Virus record (IMG/VR): IMGVR_UViG_3300022307_000004
Location: 1-44,497 of that record
DNA: 44,497 nucleotides
Direction: 5' to 3' (one strand)
From: a virus
Taxonomy: Duplodnaviria > Caudoviricetes
The position numbers were made by a program, and so were the translations under genes. Below are positions 44,350 through 44,497 of the stretch, piece after piece (the first letter of the stretch is position 1; each line of letters opens with the position of its first letter). Under the pieces are notes generated by a model, which saw only the letters and a program-made list of their open reading frames with translations, made no database searches and was not told the origin of the DNA.

Positions 44350-44374
44350 CCTATGGAAATATTTTAACCAAAGG
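44350..44374. repeat. 25-bp dispersed palindrome, copy 12
   Basis: CCTATGG-AAATATTTTAA-CCAAAGG (identical to copy 3). Confidence 0.95.
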
Positions 44375-44398
44375 GTTGCTTTTCCTTGTTTTTCTTCT

Positions 44399-44497
<99 letters not shown>

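Noticed and set aside
236-44374. 25-bp repeats as a CRISPR array, or the 36369-37355 nuclease as part of a CRISPR-Cas system
   Set aside because: The repeats are kilobases apart with no spacer structure and there are no other cas genes. Solo Cas4/RecB-like nucleases are common in phage recombination modules.

Overview
The window looks like an essentially complete ~44.5 kb genome of a tailed dsDNA phage with podovirus-type architecture. The contig appears to be opened at a ~30-nt poly(T) tract. The + strand (1.0-25.5 kb) carries TerS, a lysis cassette, tail-spike/fibre genes, a split TerL, portal, scaffold, an SU10/DUF5309-like major capsid protein, adaptor, a lambda-J/T1-like fibre module, nozzle, a GNAT-like protein and ejection proteins. 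The - strand (44.2-25.4 kb, plus 659-321) carries small early genes, ATP-dependent ligase, Cas4/RecB-like nuclease, Sak4-like ATPase, SSB-like protein, ThyX, a P-loop kinase, a ParB-HTH-DNA methyltransferase fusion, a DEDDh exonuclease, a UDG-PolA fusion and a DUF3987 helicase. No RNA polymerase, integrase or clear primase was recognised. The most unusual signals are: (1) a 25-bp quasi-palindrome, (C/G)CWWWGG-W11-CCWWWG(G/C), present in 12 intact copies spaced 2-5.6 kb apart over the whole genome, which could pair with the orphan ParB-HTH-MTase; (2) a 176-nt tRNA-like RNA with intact D and T arms but a large structured insert in place of the anticodon loop; (3) an origin-like region with inverted 9-bp iteron arrays around the poly(T); (4) an apparently split nozzle gene; (5) four frameshifts that could be programmed or assembly errors. 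Family calls come from motif recognition by eye, not from database searches.
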